From: a virus
DNA: 36,394 nucleotides
IMG/VR virus record: IMGVR_UViG_3300047335_000135
Location: 1-36,394 of that record
Direction: 5' to 3' (one strand)
Position numbers and translations under genes: made by a program. Shown one piece after another: positions 6,698 through 17,033 of this stretch; position 1 is the stretch's first letter; each line of letters opens with the position of its first letter. The notes under the pieces are model-generated. The model saw only the letters and a list, made by a program, of their open reading frames with translations, did not search any database and was not told where the DNA came from.

Positions 6698-7771
6698 ATG
6701 AATAATACTATTACTCTACAAGGTCAATTTACATCAACAGGTGCTAATATCATCATACCTATACCATCGGGTGTAAGTTGGATGAGAGTGCTTAACCAAA
6801 CAGCGCTTACGCAAGCCGCTGCCGTTTTAGGGTATGATTTCTTCTGGCAGGTAGGCATGCCTATTTCCCAGGGTGTTGTGTGGACTAAAAATGGTGGTTT
6901 AGCTAATAACTCGGTTACTGTTGGTGAACTTGCTGCTAATAATGGCTTTACTGTTATTAATACATCTATTGCTACTCCTGGTGTGTCATATGCTATTACT
7001 GGGTTTAGTGCCGCTAATCCTCCAGTTGTTCTCACAGCGACTACTCCTCTTGTGGGTCAGTTTGTACGATTGGCAAACCTCAATAACCAACCGCAATTTG
7101 CAGGTATCGATTTCCAAGTTACTGCAGTTAACCCTGGAGTAAGTTTTACACTTGGTGGTGTTAACGCCGTAGGTACTGTAGTTTCTAACGCGGGTAGTTA
7201 TAGAGTTATTCCTGTATCTCAATGGTATCCAACCCATCGAGCTATTACCTATATGTCAGCTGAAGTAACACCTGTAATCTATACTTCTGTTAGTAGTGGA
7301 TACCAAGTTGGCCAAGAAATACGTCTTAACTTCCCTGGTGGCACTCAAGTCTGGGGTAATTATGCGCTTCTTGATGGTATGCAAACAACTATTCTTGCTG
7401 TGGGTAACGCTCCTGTTATTGTAACCGGTAATGAACCTACAACACTCTTTACTATTACAGTAAATATAGATACATCAGCGTATGGCCCTTGGGCATTTGC
7501 TGGTCCTACGTACTATCCACCTGCTGCTTTAGTTCCGTTCTCTCCCGCTCAAACAACACCGATCGGTGAATATACCTCTATAGCATTACTTAATAACGTT
7601 AACATCCTCAGTGATGCAACGTTAAACACTGCATTTATAGGTATGCAACTTGGTGGTGGTCTGCGCGGAGCCGGCGCTCAAAACGCAGGACCTGCTGGAG
7701 GATTCAATACTGGTACTGGTATTGGTGACTCTATGTTCTGGATGGCTGGTAATACCTTCACGTTTTATTGA
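6698..7771 (+). CDS. Virion structural protein (putative), with two small beta-barrel-like repeats
   Basis: Strong RBS taaggagtaact. It lies immediately after the capsid gene. Segments ANPPVVLTATTPLVGQFVRLANL...FQVTAVNPGVSFTL and VTPVIYTSVSSGYQVGQEIRLNF...TTLFTITVNIDTS resemble the core of ORF 8283..8660. Confidence 0.5.
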   Translation: MNNTITLQGQFTSTGANIIIPIPSGVSWMRVLNQTALTQAAAVLGYDFFWQVGMPISQGVVWTKNGGLANNSVTVGELAANNGFTVINTSIATPGVSYAITGFSAANPPVVLTATTPLVGQFVRLANLNNQPQFAGIDFQVTAVNPGVSFTLGGVNAVGTVVSNAGSYRVIPVSQWYPTHRAITYMSAEVTPVIYTSVSSGYQVGQEIRLNFPGGTQVWGNYALLDGMQTTILAVGNAPVIVTGNEPTTLFTITVNIDTSAYGPWAFAGPTYYPPAALVPFSPAQTTPIGEYTSIALLNNVNILSDATLNTAFIGMQLGGGLRGAGAQNAGPAGGFNTGTGIGDSMFWMAGNTFTFY

Positions 7772-7777
7772 TAATGA

Positions 7778-7800
7778 GGGGGCCCTTAAGGGTCCCCTTT
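7778..7800 (+). terminator. Rho-independent terminator candidate
   Basis: gggggccc-ttaa-gggtcccc forms an 8-bp stem with one G.U pair, followed by ttt. Confidence 0.55.
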
Positions 7801-7813
7801 ACTAGGAGAGACT

Positions 7814-8266
7814 ATGTCACAAAAAGAAACAGTAGAAAAATCACACACTAATCCCCGTAATCTTACTCCATCAAAGCCAGAGCGACGATCCGGTAAAGAC
7901 TGGGCATTTGAGATGCAAAAAGATAAAGAAATGGTTCGTGGCATCTTTAGGTTCCATGAGGTTCCCGGTGGTACAATGAGTTTTGTATATAAGAAGTACC
8001 GCGATGAACCAGTACAGTCGTTTACGCTTATAGATGGCCAAGTATATAATTTACCTCTTGGTGTAGCACGCCATCTCAATAAAAACTGTTGGTATCCTGT
8101 TCATGATTATCTCATGGATGAAATGGGTAGGTTTGGCGGTCAATTTAAAATACAGAAAAAGGTGCGTCGCTGCAGCTTCCAGAGTTTGGAGTTTGTTGAT
8201 ATAGAAGATATCACGCCAGAGGGTGAAGCAACTATCTACACCGCACAGAAGATAGGTATGATGTAA
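7814..8266 (+). CDS. Hypothetical head-module protein
   Basis: 150-aa ORF with the RBS aggaga. The function is not recognised with confidence. Confidence 0.55.
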   Translation: MSQKETVEKSHTNPRNLTPSKPERRSGKDWAFEMQKDKEMVRGIFRFHEVPGGTMSFVYKKYRDEPVQSFTLIDGQVYNLPLGVARHLNKNCWYPVHDYLMDEMGRFGGQFKIQKKVRRCSFQSLEFVDIEDITPEGEATIYTAQKIGMM

Positions 8267-8282
8267 GCTTATAAGGAAAGAT

Positions 8283-8660
8283 ATGCCTGGACCAATACCG
8301 AATCCATACTATATACCATTTCCCGTATTTCTTCCTGCTATGCGTAATATAGGTGCTATTACGCAAGCAACTAATGCGCTTGTAACAACCACTTTTCCGC
8401 ATAGTTATCAAACTGGTGATATTGTGAGACTGCTTGTCCCTCAAGGATGGGGTATGGTTCAGGCTAATACACTTATAGGTGAAATAGTTGTTACGAGTCC
8501 TACGCAGTTCACTATAACTATAGACACTACTAACTTTGATGCTTTTGTAACGCCACCAAATCCATCGCCACAGGTAAATTCGGTAGCGCAAGTTATTCCT
8601 GTGGGAGAAAATAATAATAAGCTCACACAAGCCACTAGGAATGTTTTACCACCATATTAG
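8283..8660 (+). CDS. Small virion protein (putative), single beta-barrel-like domain
   Basis: TQATNALVTTTFPHSYQTGDIVRLLVPQGWGM...VVTSPTQFTITIDT is related to the repeats in ORF 6698..7771. Confidence 0.5.
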   Translation: MPGPIPNPYYIPFPVFLPAMRNIGAITQATNALVTTTFPHSYQTGDIVRLLVPQGWGMVQANTLIGEIVVTSPTQFTITIDTTNFDAFVTPPNPSPQVNSVAQVIPVGENNNKLTQATRNVLPPY

Positions 8661-8668
8661 GAGCAACT

Positions 8669-9718
8669 ATGGCAGATAGTACACTTGCAGCTATAAGAAC
8701 TAAAGTAAGGCGACTTACTCTTTCTCCATCGCCAAACCAATTATCCGATGCTGATATAGATCAATATGTTAATACGTTTATACAATACGACTTTCCTGAA
8801 CATCTAAGACTTTTTAACTTGCGCCAGAAATATACATTCTATACATCGCCAGGTGTTGATGTGTATCAATCTAATGAAATAATCAACGATCCTTTATTTG
8901 AGTTCCAACAGAACTTTCTTACTGTTCACCCACCAGTGTATGTAGACGGTGTAGAAATCAATATGACTCAGTCTGAGAGCGAATTATTTAGATGGTATCC
9001 AAAGAATAGATCGGATATGACTTTAACTATTGGTGATGGAGTAAGTACTACTTATACTGGCTTTATCAATAGTCTTAACTCACCACTAAGTCAGTTTAAT
9101 AGCCAGAATATTAATATACTGCGCAATTATGTGACGATAACTTCTGCGGATGCCGTTAATAACGCTATAGTTATGCAAGATACGCCTTATAATGGCGCAA
9201 CTGGATATCTATATCCGCCAAATACCTATCCTGACCTTACAATGCCACCTGATGCAAATAACACGATTAACTATCTTACCGGACAATATACCGTTACGTT
9301 TCCCACAGCACCTGCGGCAGGTCAAAACATCAATGCGCATGTATTTTACTATCAGCCAGCACGACCAACTATTGTTATGTATTTCCAGAATCAGTTTACT
9401 TTTAGGCCAGTGCCAGACCAGGCATATCCTGTAGATATAGAAGTGTATGTAAGGCCTACGCAGTTATTAGCCGCTGGACAATCTCCGCAATTAGAAGAGT
9501 GGTGGCAGTATATAGCTGCGATGTCGAGCAAGAAAATTCTTGAAGATCGCAGAGACACTGATAGCGTTAATAGGATCCTTCCGCTCTGCAAAGAGCAAGA
9601 GTTGTTGGTGTTACGGAGAACTATTGTACAGAACACTAATGAACGCGTTGCTACAATATATACAGACGCTTTAAATAGCAGTAGCCCAGGATATAACTGG
9701 GGACAGGGGACATTCTAA
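8669..9718 (+). CDS. Virion structural protein, possible head-tail adaptor (position-based)
   Basis: RBS taggagcaact. 349 aa, lying between the capsid genes and the tail-tube-sized genes. Confidence 0.4.
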   Translation: MADSTLAAIRTKVRRLTLSPSPNQLSDADIDQYVNTFIQYDFPEHLRLFNLRQKYTFYTSPGVDVYQSNEIINDPLFEFQQNFLTVHPPVYVDGVEINMTQSESELFRWYPKNRSDMTLTIGDGVSTTYTGFINSLNSPLSQFNSQNINILRNYVTITSADAVNNAIVMQDTPYNGATGYLYPPNTYPDLTMPPDANNTINYLTGQYTVTFPTAPAAGQNINAHVFYYQPARPTIVMYFQNQFTFRPVPDQAYPVDIEVYVRPTQLLAAGQSPQLEEWWQYIAAMSSKKILEDRRDTDSVNRILPLCKEQELLVLRRTIVQNTNERVATIYTDALNSSSPGYNWGQGTF

Positions 9719-10308
9719 TGGCTTTCAACCAAAATATTCCGTTAGCTACCGATAAAATATCACAATCACAGGGCCAGATACTCGGCAACTTCCAATCGCT
9801 TTATACATGGGCAAATGCTAACCATGTAAGTTTCGATCTAACCAATGCGGGTAAGCACATCTATGTACAAATGCCCGTACAGGGGGCTCCTCCAGCGTTT
9901 ACGTTGGGAGAAATAGATCTGTGGAATCAGGCATATGCTACTACCGGCAAGAATGAACTTTTTGTACAAAAAGAGAATCAAGCAGCTGATGTAAGTATAC
10001 CAATGACGGCTTCTATATTGGGAGCAAATCCAGCGCCCGGAGCTACCGGATGGACATTTTTGCCATCAGGTATCCTTCTTAAATGGGGACAGGCCACAAC
10101 AGTAGTGGGAACGGTAGTAGTTAACCTTAATGCCGGCGGGGATCTTGGATCTAACTTCACAGCGCTTTATTCTTGTCAGGTTTCATATGCAGTGATTCCT
10201 GCTCCCGGTGGAACGCTTTCCTGTATACGAGGATTTCCAAATCTCTCTATTAATTCTAATACTGCCGGATCAGTAGTTAATTGGTTCGCAATAGGAACAG
10301 GGGCATAA
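9718..10308 (+). CDS. Tail tubular protein A-like (size and synteny only)
   Basis: 196 aa, ATG overlapping the upstream stop (TAATG), directly before a 759-aa gene. This mirrors the T7 gp11 (196 aa) / gp12 pair. I verified no motif. Confidence 0.35.
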   Translation: MAFNQNIPLATDKISQSQGQILGNFQSLYTWANANHVSFDLTNAGKHIYVQMPVQGAPPAFTLGEIDLWNQAYATTGKNELFVQKENQAADVSIPMTASILGANPAPGATGWTFLPSGILLKWGQATTVVGTVVVNLNAGGDLGSNFTALYSCQVSYAVIPAPGGTLSCIRGFPNLSINSNTAGSVVNWFAIGTGA

Positions 10309-10309
10309 C

Positions 10310-12589
10310 ATGGCTTATGATCGTTTTCTTATAGCTCCTCTCAAATCAGGACTTATAACCGGTATACCACAATGGCAAATACCGGAAGATGCTTTTTACC
10401 AGCTCTATAATGCCTATGTATTTAGAGGAACGGTAAGAAAGCGAGTTGGATCAGAGCTTATGGGATCGGGGGCTACGTCTACTATGACGGCACCCCTATT
10501 ATCGCGCCTACGAGCGCTTGTGGGGACAACAAATGGTGCAGGTAATCTTAGTGGCACTGTTCCTGGTGCTAGCCCTGTCTATAGTACTTTGGGCCAGCAG
10601 TTCTCTATAGGAGGTGAAATATACACAGTATATCTTGCGGGTAACCATCCCATGCTTGACACGGGTGCAACAGTAACTAAAACATTTAACACCGCAAACG
10701 GACAGTTTGTATTTGCTGGTGCTCCTATTAACACTCCGGTGTATTACTATTCAGGCCAGCCTGTTTTAGGTATTTGTAACTATGAAGTAGGGCCTATTAA
10801 TGATCAACCCACTATAGCATTTGATACACAGTTTGCTTACGAGTGGCAAACTAATCAATGGGTACTTATTGACACTACTTCAGTGGGAACCATGCAATGG
10901 CATGGAACCAATCTTAACTATTACTGGACCTGCAATTGGGACGGACCGGCGGATGATGATGTGTATCTTTTTGTAACTAATTTTAACGCTACCATCGGCG
11001 CTCCTGGCCCCACTGATGATCCTATATGGGCCTACGACGGAACCAATTGGAATAATTACAGTAATGCTACTACTTTTTTAGCAGATGGATCATTCATCCA
11101 AACAGCACTGATTATTCTTCCCTTCAAGAATCGTCTTATTATGCTCAATACGATTGAGTTTCTTGATTCAGATATGGAGAACCATGCCTATTCTAATAGA
11201 TGTCGTTATAGCATCAATGGATCTCCTACGGCTACTAATGCATGGTATGAGCCGGGTGTGGTTGTTGGCGGTACTAATGCAGCCGGTGCTGGTTTTATAG
11301 ATGCACCAACAAAAGAAGCCATCGTATCTGCTCAATTCATTAAAGATCGCCTTATTGTACAGTTCGAAAGGTCAACCTGGGAACTTGCATACACGGGTAA
11401 TCAAGTCTTACCTTTTGTATGGCAACAGCTTAATCAAGAGCTCGGTGCCCTGGGTACCTTTTCAACGGTGCCTTTTGATAAGGTAGTTCTGGCTGTAGGT
11501 GATACGGGTGTTCATGCCTGCAACGGATCCAACGTAGAGCGTATAGATAATAATATACCTGATGAGATATTTGAGATAAGTAAACAATCAAATGGATCTA
11601 AGCGAGTGGCGGGTATACGTGACTACTACCCTGAGTTGGTCTATTGGTCTTTTCCATCAGTAGAGATACCATCCGTAAATACCAATCGCTATCCAGATCA
11701 AGTTCTAGTCTATAATTACGCCAATCAGACCTGGGCTCTTTTTGATGATACCTGGCTCTGTTATGGATACTTCTTCCAGTCGACAGATGTAACATGGGCT
11801 GACCTTAATGAGACATGGGAAGACTATGATGCTACGTGGAATGATATGCTTGTACAGGCACAGCAACGACAAGTGCTTGCAGGAAATCAACAGGGATATG
11901 TGCTTATTATCAATAGAGATCTGCCTACTAACGCTCAGTCTCTTACCATAACTAACGTTCCTACTATAGCAGGTAGCATTGTTACTCTTACCGTTATGAG
12001 TCATAGTTTGTCATCAGTTGAGGATCAAGAAGACTATGTATATATCTTGGATCTTAATGGCATTGCAGGATTTGTTCCAGGTATTTACCAGGTATATATG
12101 GTTATTGATCTCAATACTATTCAGGTTATTATACCTGGTCTTGCTGGTGTTTACACTGGTGGGGGGACCATGTTCCTTGTATCTGAGATAGATATCTATT
12201 CTAAGCAATGGAATCCCTATGTATCTAAAGGTCGTAGTTTTTATGTTCCCTATTTAGATTTTTGTGTGCTACGCACCGCAGCCGGTGAAATAACCATAGA
12301 TTACTTTGCCTCGAGCTCGCAACTAGGGCTTGTTCCCCAGGGAATAGCAACAGGAGCTGCGCTAGGAACAAACGTATTAGAAACGAGTCCTTATGCGATA
12401 GTTCCACAAGAGCAACAACAACAGCGATTATGGCATAGGGTCTATTGCCAATCTGATGGTAGCTTTATACAGATACGATTGTATTGGACACAGGAGGAGA
12501 TGATGACTCCGGCGATATCTCTAGAAGGATTTAACCTTGAAGGTATGGTACTCAATTGTACGCCTACCCGCGACGACTTATTAGGATAA
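10310..12589 (+). CDS. Tail tubular protein B-like / nozzle (size and synteny only)
   Basis: 759 aa, the largest structural ORF, lying after the 196-aa gene. Confidence 0.35.
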   Translation: MAYDRFLIAPLKSGLITGIPQWQIPEDAFYQLYNAYVFRGTVRKRVGSELMGSGATSTMTAPLLSRLRALVGTTNGAGNLSGTVPGASPVYSTLGQQFSIGGEIYTVYLAGNHPMLDTGATVTKTFNTANGQFVFAGAPINTPVYYYSGQPVLGICNYEVGPINDQPTIAFDTQFAYEWQTNQWVLIDTTSVGTMQWHGTNLNYYWTCNWDGPADDDVYLFVTNFNATIGAPGPTDDPIWAYDGTNWNNYSNATTFLADGSFIQTALIILPFKNRLIMLNTIEFLDSDMENHAYSNRCRYSINGSPTATNAWYEPGVVVGGTNAAGAGFIDAPTKEAIVSAQFIKDRLIVQFERSTWELAYTGNQVLPFVWQQLNQELGALGTFSTVPFDKVVLAVGDTGVHACNGSNVERIDNNIPDEIFEISKQSNGSKRVAGIRDYYPELVYWSFPSVEIPSVNTNRYPDQVLVYNYANQTWALFDDTWLCYGYFFQSTDVTWADLNETWEDYDATWNDMLVQAQQRQVLAGNQQGYVLIINRDLPTNAQSLTITNVPTIAGSIVTLTVMSHSLSSVEDQEDYVYILDLNGIAGFVPGIYQVYMVIDLNTIQVIIPGLAGVYTGGGTMFLVSEIDIYSKQWNPYVSKGRSFYVPYLDFCVLRTAAGEITIDYFASSSQLGLVPQGIATGAALGTNVLETSPYAIVPQEQQQQRLWHRVYCQSDGSFIQIRLYWTQEEMMTPAISLEGFNLEGMVLNCTPTRDDLLG

Positions 12590-12591
12590 CT

Positions 12592-13134
12592 ATGGCAGTA
12601 TCAAATCCGGAAAACTTTGGCGCGTATATTCCCTCAACCTATGTATGGGATGTTGATCAACTTAAAGATCTCAATATACAACCCCCGGGATTTAAAGAGC
12701 TTCTCATACGCATGTACCAAAACATCAACCAAGTAACCATTGGTGTCAATAACCGCGTATCTGGTTATTTGTACAACCAAGAATTTGTCTCTGGCAAGCA
12801 GTTTTTCCCTGATCCAACGCTTAACTCGCAGACGCCACAAAGTGCTCAGCCAAGACAAATTTATACACTAGTAATAGTAACGGGCCAATTGCCCAATACT
12901 GGCGTAACGACTACACCTCATGGATTAACTCCAAATAGCTCTTGGCAAACGGTAGATATATATGGTGCTGCAAGTGATACCACGGGGTTTAACTACATAA
13001 CATTACCGTATGCATCAGCTACGGGTGCGCCAATCGAGGTATCTATTGATGCAATGAATGTCGTTATAACAACTACCTCTAATAGGTCTAATTTCAACTT
13101 CTCGTATATCATATGGGAATACTTTAAATTTTAA
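12592..13134 (+). CDS. Virion protein (putative)
   Basis: ATG 12592 (MAVSNPENFG) follows the stop of the 759-aa gene directly. The track ORF starts earlier at a non-ATG codon that overlaps that gene. Confidence 0.5.
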   Translation: MAVSNPENFGAYIPSTYVWDVDQLKDLNIQPPGFKELLIRMYQNINQVTIGVNNRVSGYLYNQEFVSGKQFFPDPTLNSQTPQSAQPRQIYTLVIVTGQLPNTGVTTTPHGLTPNSSWQTVDIYGAASDTTGFNYITLPYASATGAPIEVSIDAMNVVITTTSNRSNFNFSYIIWEYFKF

Positions 13135-13143
13135 GGAGATGTT

Positions 13144-13737
13144 ATGGCATTTTTACCTTCTTTATTTGGATCATCGGGGCAACTTAAACAGTTAGATAGA
13201 TTTAATCCCCAACAACAGAATGTACAAAATCAGGCACTTGGTCAGTTTGGTCCTTTATTACAACAACTACAAAAACCTGCTGACATTAATCCTATCCTTA
13301 ATCAGCGTAGGCAGTCATTTCAAACTGACACGTTACCATCTATAGCAGAACGATTTAGTTCACTTGGTGGGAGTGGCCAGCGTTCTAGTGCATTCCAAAA
13401 TGCAGTGGGTAGGGCTGGATCGGACTTAGAAACACAACTAGCATCACTTCAATCACAAGTTGGCTTACAAGATCTTAATCGCCAACAATCGCTTCTCGGA
13501 TTATTGGGCAATATTGGTATGCAACCGTCATTTGAGCACTTCTTTCAACCAGGACAAAATGGCGCTTTATGGAATTTGCTTTCAAGTTTAGGTTCTGGCG
13601 TAGGTTCGGGAATAGGAACAGGACTTGGTTTGGGAGCATTTGGAACTCTTCTTGGAGGAAGGGGTGACCAAGAAACATCTACCGGTGGCAATAATGATAT
13701 ATGGAGTATTTTTAAAACTCTATTTGGGGGTAAGTAA
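13144..13737 (+). CDS. Gln/Gly/Ser-rich internal-virion-like protein
   Basis: RBS aaggagatgtt. Low-complexity Q/G/S-rich 197-aa protein in the position of podovirus internal (ejection) proteins. Confidence 0.4.
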   Translation: MAFLPSLFGSSGQLKQLDRFNPQQQNVQNQALGQFGPLLQQLQKPADINPILNQRRQSFQTDTLPSIAERFSSLGGSGQRSSAFQNAVGRAGSDLETQLASLQSQVGLQDLNRQQSLLGLLGNIGMQPSFEHFFQPGQNGALWNLLSSLGSGVGSGIGTGLGLGAFGTLLGGRGDQETSTGGNNDIWSIFKTLFGGK

Positions 13738-13739
13738 TT

Positions 13740-15455
13740 ATGCCTATAACAATATTGCCCAAAGAAGAATCTGGACTAGAAAAATTCGCCACTAGTATAG
13801 GATCAGGTCTTGGCTCTGGATTTGGAAGGGGGATAGAGGCTCTTGCGCAACACAATCTTGAGGAAATGATTTCTAGAAAACAATCTGCTCAGGCCGCTAA
13901 ACAATTAGAACAATTTTTTCCTAAAGATGTAGCCCAGGCATTATCTCAGTTGCCTCCACAGTTTCAACAAGCAGCATTTAAATCCATTTTACAAGCACCT
14001 ACGCCAACTCTTTGGGAAAATTTATGGGGTGGGGCATCAAAAGTTCCTGATGTTCTTAAAAATGGATTTGGATCATCGCAGGGACAACAACAGGTTGCTT
14101 CTCGTCAGGGAAATCAAGGGAACCAACAATATACTCCTGAGCAACTAGAAGAGGCAGGATATAAGAATCCTGGCTTTGCTGAACGTACTGGCGTTAGATC
14201 TCTTTATGATCTTGCCCATGCAGGAACAGTTCCCGGTGATATTTATAGCACTTTAAGGGGATTGGCTTCTTCGGCAAATACCGGCTTGAGCGATCTATTA
14301 GAATATGTGACAGGACATCGCATACCGGAAGCTCCTAATGCTAAAAAAGGAACATTGCTTGAAAAAGTTCCTGAGCTTGAAGACATTCTTCCAACAAGCA
14401 AGGGGCTAAAGGAATATGCCCAAAATTTAGCAGAGCAACGATATGGTCCCGGAACTGATATATTACAGCCGCGCAACTTTTTGGAAGATACCATTAGCAG
14501 AACGGCGCAGTATGCAATATCGGCAGCTGTTACTGGTGGATCTACGGGATTATTGGGCGCTTTGGGATCCGGCATAGGTGGCGCTGCACTTAAATCTGCC
14601 GGTGCTCCTCCAGGTGCTCAGGCTGTTGGCGAAATAGTTGGAGGATTTTTGCCGGCACTTACGCGCGCTCCTGCTTTATTAAAGAGAGTGCTTGGTGAAT
14701 CAAAATTACAACAGGCAAATGCATTTGAAGCTGGTAAAAAAGCCGGAATGCATATATCGGTCGATAAAGAAAAAGTGGCTCAATCACTTTCTCCAATCTA
14801 TGAAAAAATAGATAAAAACAGATCGGCATACTCTAAACCAATTATTGAATATTTTGACAATCTGCTTAATACGCTTAAAGATCGAAATTCAAAACTCACC
14901 GCTACGGATCTATGGAATTTTAAACAAGATACTAACGGGTTGTTTAAGGGTAGTGTTAATGATACTAAAGTTGCTACTGAATTATATAAAAAACTTAATG
15001 AAGCAGTAAAAACAGCGGGATCAGGAAATAAAAAGTTTCTTAAACTTTATGATAAATCAGCAGGATTAACTAAGGGAATTAAGAATGCGGATCAGGCATA
15101 TGCTCTTTTAGGATTAACTCCAACGAATGAAGGATATAGCAGGTATATTATTCCGGGTCTTTCTTTAGCAACCATGCTGCGTCAAGTAGCTAGCGGCAAG
15201 CCCGCTAATGCCATTAAAACAGCCCTTATAGCTGGAGCGGCTCATGGTTTATGGAAGAAGGTTGTTAATCCAGCAAGGGCAGCCCAAATATTGTATAATG
15301 CTTCACCAGAAATTAAACAGATAACGCAAGCGTTAGCAAGGGCAGAAGTGCGTAAAAACCCTGACGTCGCAGCGCGGCTTGTGCAGCAGCTTTCGAAGAG
15401 TATTGGGGAGAATTTAAACTCTCAATCCACCAATAACCAGCAAGAAGCAAAATAA
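13740..15455 (+). CDS. Internal-virion-like protein (571 aa)
   Basis: Tightly coupled to the upstream gene. Ala/Gly/Gln-rich with predicted helical regions. The call is position-based. Confidence 0.4.
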   Translation: MPITILPKEESGLEKFATSIGSGLGSGFGRGIEALAQHNLEEMISRKQSAQAAKQLEQFFPKDVAQALSQLPPQFQQAAFKSILQAPTPTLWENLWGGASKVPDVLKNGFGSSQGQQQVASRQGNQGNQQYTPEQLEEAGYKNPGFAERTGVRSLYDLAHAGTVPGDIYSTLRGLASSANTGLSDLLEYVTGHRIPEAPNAKKGTLLEKVPELEDILPTSKGLKEYAQNLAEQRYGPGTDILQPRNFLEDTISRTAQYAISAAVTGGSTGLLGALGSGIGGAALKSAGAPPGAQAVGEIVGGFLPALTRAPALLKRVLGESKLQQANAFEAGKKAGMHISVDKEKVAQSLSPIYEKIDKNRSAYSKPIIEYFDNLLNTLKDRNSKLTATDLWNFKQDTNGLFKGSVNDTKVATELYKKLNEAVKTAGSGNKKFLKLYDKSAGLTKGIKNADQAYALLGLTPTNEGYSRYIIPGLSLATMLRQVASGKPANAIKTALIAGAAHGLWKKVVNPARAAQILYNASPEIKQITQALARAEVRKNPDVAARLVQQLSKSIGENLNSQSTNNQQEAK

Positions 15456-15483
15456 TCTCTATAATCATACATGTTCCTCTTTT

Positions 15484-15510
15484 GGGCCGGCAGTACGCCG
15501 GTCTTTTTTA
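15484..15510. terminator. Bidirectional terminator candidate between convergent genes
   Basis: gccggc-agtac-gccggt hairpin followed by cttttttaa. It sits between the stop at 15455 (+) and the stop at 15508 (-). Confidence 0.6.
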
Positions 15511-15741
15511 ATATTTCATAAATATATCAACTCGATGCTCCACCAACTTATCCTGTAAAAATCCATCTCTCATCAATGCTACATACAATAACCGTATAAT
15601 ATACTTAGTCATCGATATATTTCCTGCAGCTGATGCATGATGCAATGCATCGTACATATCCTCAGGCATATTAAATGTTATCTTCGTTATCTTTTTCTTC
15701 TCGCGAACTAAATCACCGCGAGTTATGTTTATTTTCTTCAC
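15508..15741 (-). CDS. Ribbon-helix-helix (Arc/CopG-like) DNA-binding protein, antisense to the late genes
   Basis: KITFNMPEDMYDALHHASAAGNISMTKYIIRLLYVAL fits the beta-strand / helix / helix RHH pattern. Confidence 0.55.
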   Translation of the reverse strand: MKKINITRGDLVREKKKITKITFNMPEDMYDALHHASAAGNISMTKYIIRLLYVALMRDGFLQDKLVEHRVDIFMKY

Positions 15742-15915
15742 TATACCCTCCCTTCTTAAAAAACAGCAGGTTTGTCATCACCACAGGCCTAATAATAGCA
15801 TGTTACTTCTTCGCGCGAAGAATATGCAGTAGTACGATGAAACTGGAAAGCGACTTTATACTAACACATATACTAACAACGTTACACAGTTTGGTAATGT
15901 TTGTAAAGGAATATC

Positions 15916-16854
15916 ATGTCTGTTTCTACATTCAAATACGTGGCATATGGTCAGAATCAGGGCCTTATCACAGAGCCGCCTTATCCTATTGTAGCGAAGC
16001 GTGTTCCAACGGTTAATGATAAAGCACAGGTAGGTACGATATGGGCAGATGTACTGACTAATCAAGCGTTTGTTCTTACATCGGTGCGCAATAATATAGC
16101 TACCTGGATAAATTTTGCTGGTGGTGCTGGACTATTTACGAGCATCACGGTCAATCCTGGGCCATTTACCTTCACAGGAACTGGCGCTTTTACCGTTAAT
16201 ACTACGGGCGCTATTTTAATGGACTCTACTGCTAATTCTCACCTTACGGTTACGAACGCAAATCTTACCGTTGAAACCGTAACGGGCAACCTAACACTTG
16301 AGGCAAATGGTGCAGGTAATACCATTACCATAGATGCTGCCGGTGCTGGTGCTGCTATTGATATTGAATCAAATACAGGCGGTACTACCATTACAAGTAC
16401 GGGCGTTATCAATATCAATAGTGATGATACCGGTGGTAATGCCATTATTATCAATGCTAATGATCCTGGTAATGCGGGTAATATCCTGATGACTACATCC
16501 GGTGGAATAATAGAGCTTTCTACACAAGGAGGAGGCGAAATATTCCTTCAAGCAGTAGAAGTTACAACGGTTGGAGCAGCTGGTAACGCAGCAAGTGCTT
16601 ATATGGGTGTCATGACGCAGACTGGTCTTCTTACTGGTGCTGGGGCATCCCAAGTAATAACTATTACTACAACAGTTGTAACGGTAAATTCAGGAATATT
16701 GGTCAGTGCTGCAAATAAAGGAGCTAATGATGCGCAAATGACGGTGACTCGTGTTGTGCCTGCCGCTGGCTCATTTACTGTAACTGTTAAAAACAATGGC
16801 GCAGCAGCCCTTAATGGCGATCTTATTATCAGTTTTATGATTATATCTGTATAA
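15916..16854 (+). CDS. Tail fibre/spike protein with Gly/Thr/Asn-rich beta-helix-like repeats
   Basis: The N-terminus PPYPIVAKRVPTVNDKAQVGTIWADV...NIATWINF parallels the N-terminus of ORF 20118..22169. The rest is repetitive T/G/N/A-rich sequence. Confidence 0.55.
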   Translation: MSVSTFKYVAYGQNQGLITEPPYPIVAKRVPTVNDKAQVGTIWADVLTNQAFVLTSVRNNIATWINFAGGAGLFTSITVNPGPFTFTGTGAFTVNTTGAILMDSTANSHLTVTNANLTVETVTGNLTLEANGAGNTITIDAAGAGAAIDIESNTGGTTITSTGVININSDDTGGNAIIINANDPGNAGNILMTTSGGIIELSTQGGGEIFLQAVEVTTVGAAGNAASAYMGVMTQTGLLTGAGASQVITITTTVVTVNSGILVSAANKGANDAQMTVTRVVPAAGSFTVTVKNNGAAALNGDLIISFMIISV

Positions 16855-16864
16855 AAGGACAATT

Positions 16865-17032
16865 ATGAACCAAACACTGAGAATACAATTTCATATAGCC
16901 AAAGAAGATCGTGACTATACCTTTACGCTTCCTTATGGCGCTCCCAATGGCGAGATTAATGATGTGCTTCATGAGATGAGAGCAGAAGTTATTAAGATCA
17001 TGCAGGAAGCTATTAATAAAGAAAGGGAGTAA
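16865..17032 (+). CDS. Small hypothetical protein (55 aa)
   Basis: My translation is MNQTLRIQFHIAKEDRDYTFTLPYGAPNGEINDVLHEMRAEVIKIMQEAINKERE. RBS aaggacaatt. It fills the gap between neighbouring genes exactly. Confidence 0.5.
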   Translation: MNQTLRIQFHIAKEDRDYTFTLPYGAPNGEINDVLHEMRAEVIKIMQEAINKERE

Positions 17033-17033
17033 G

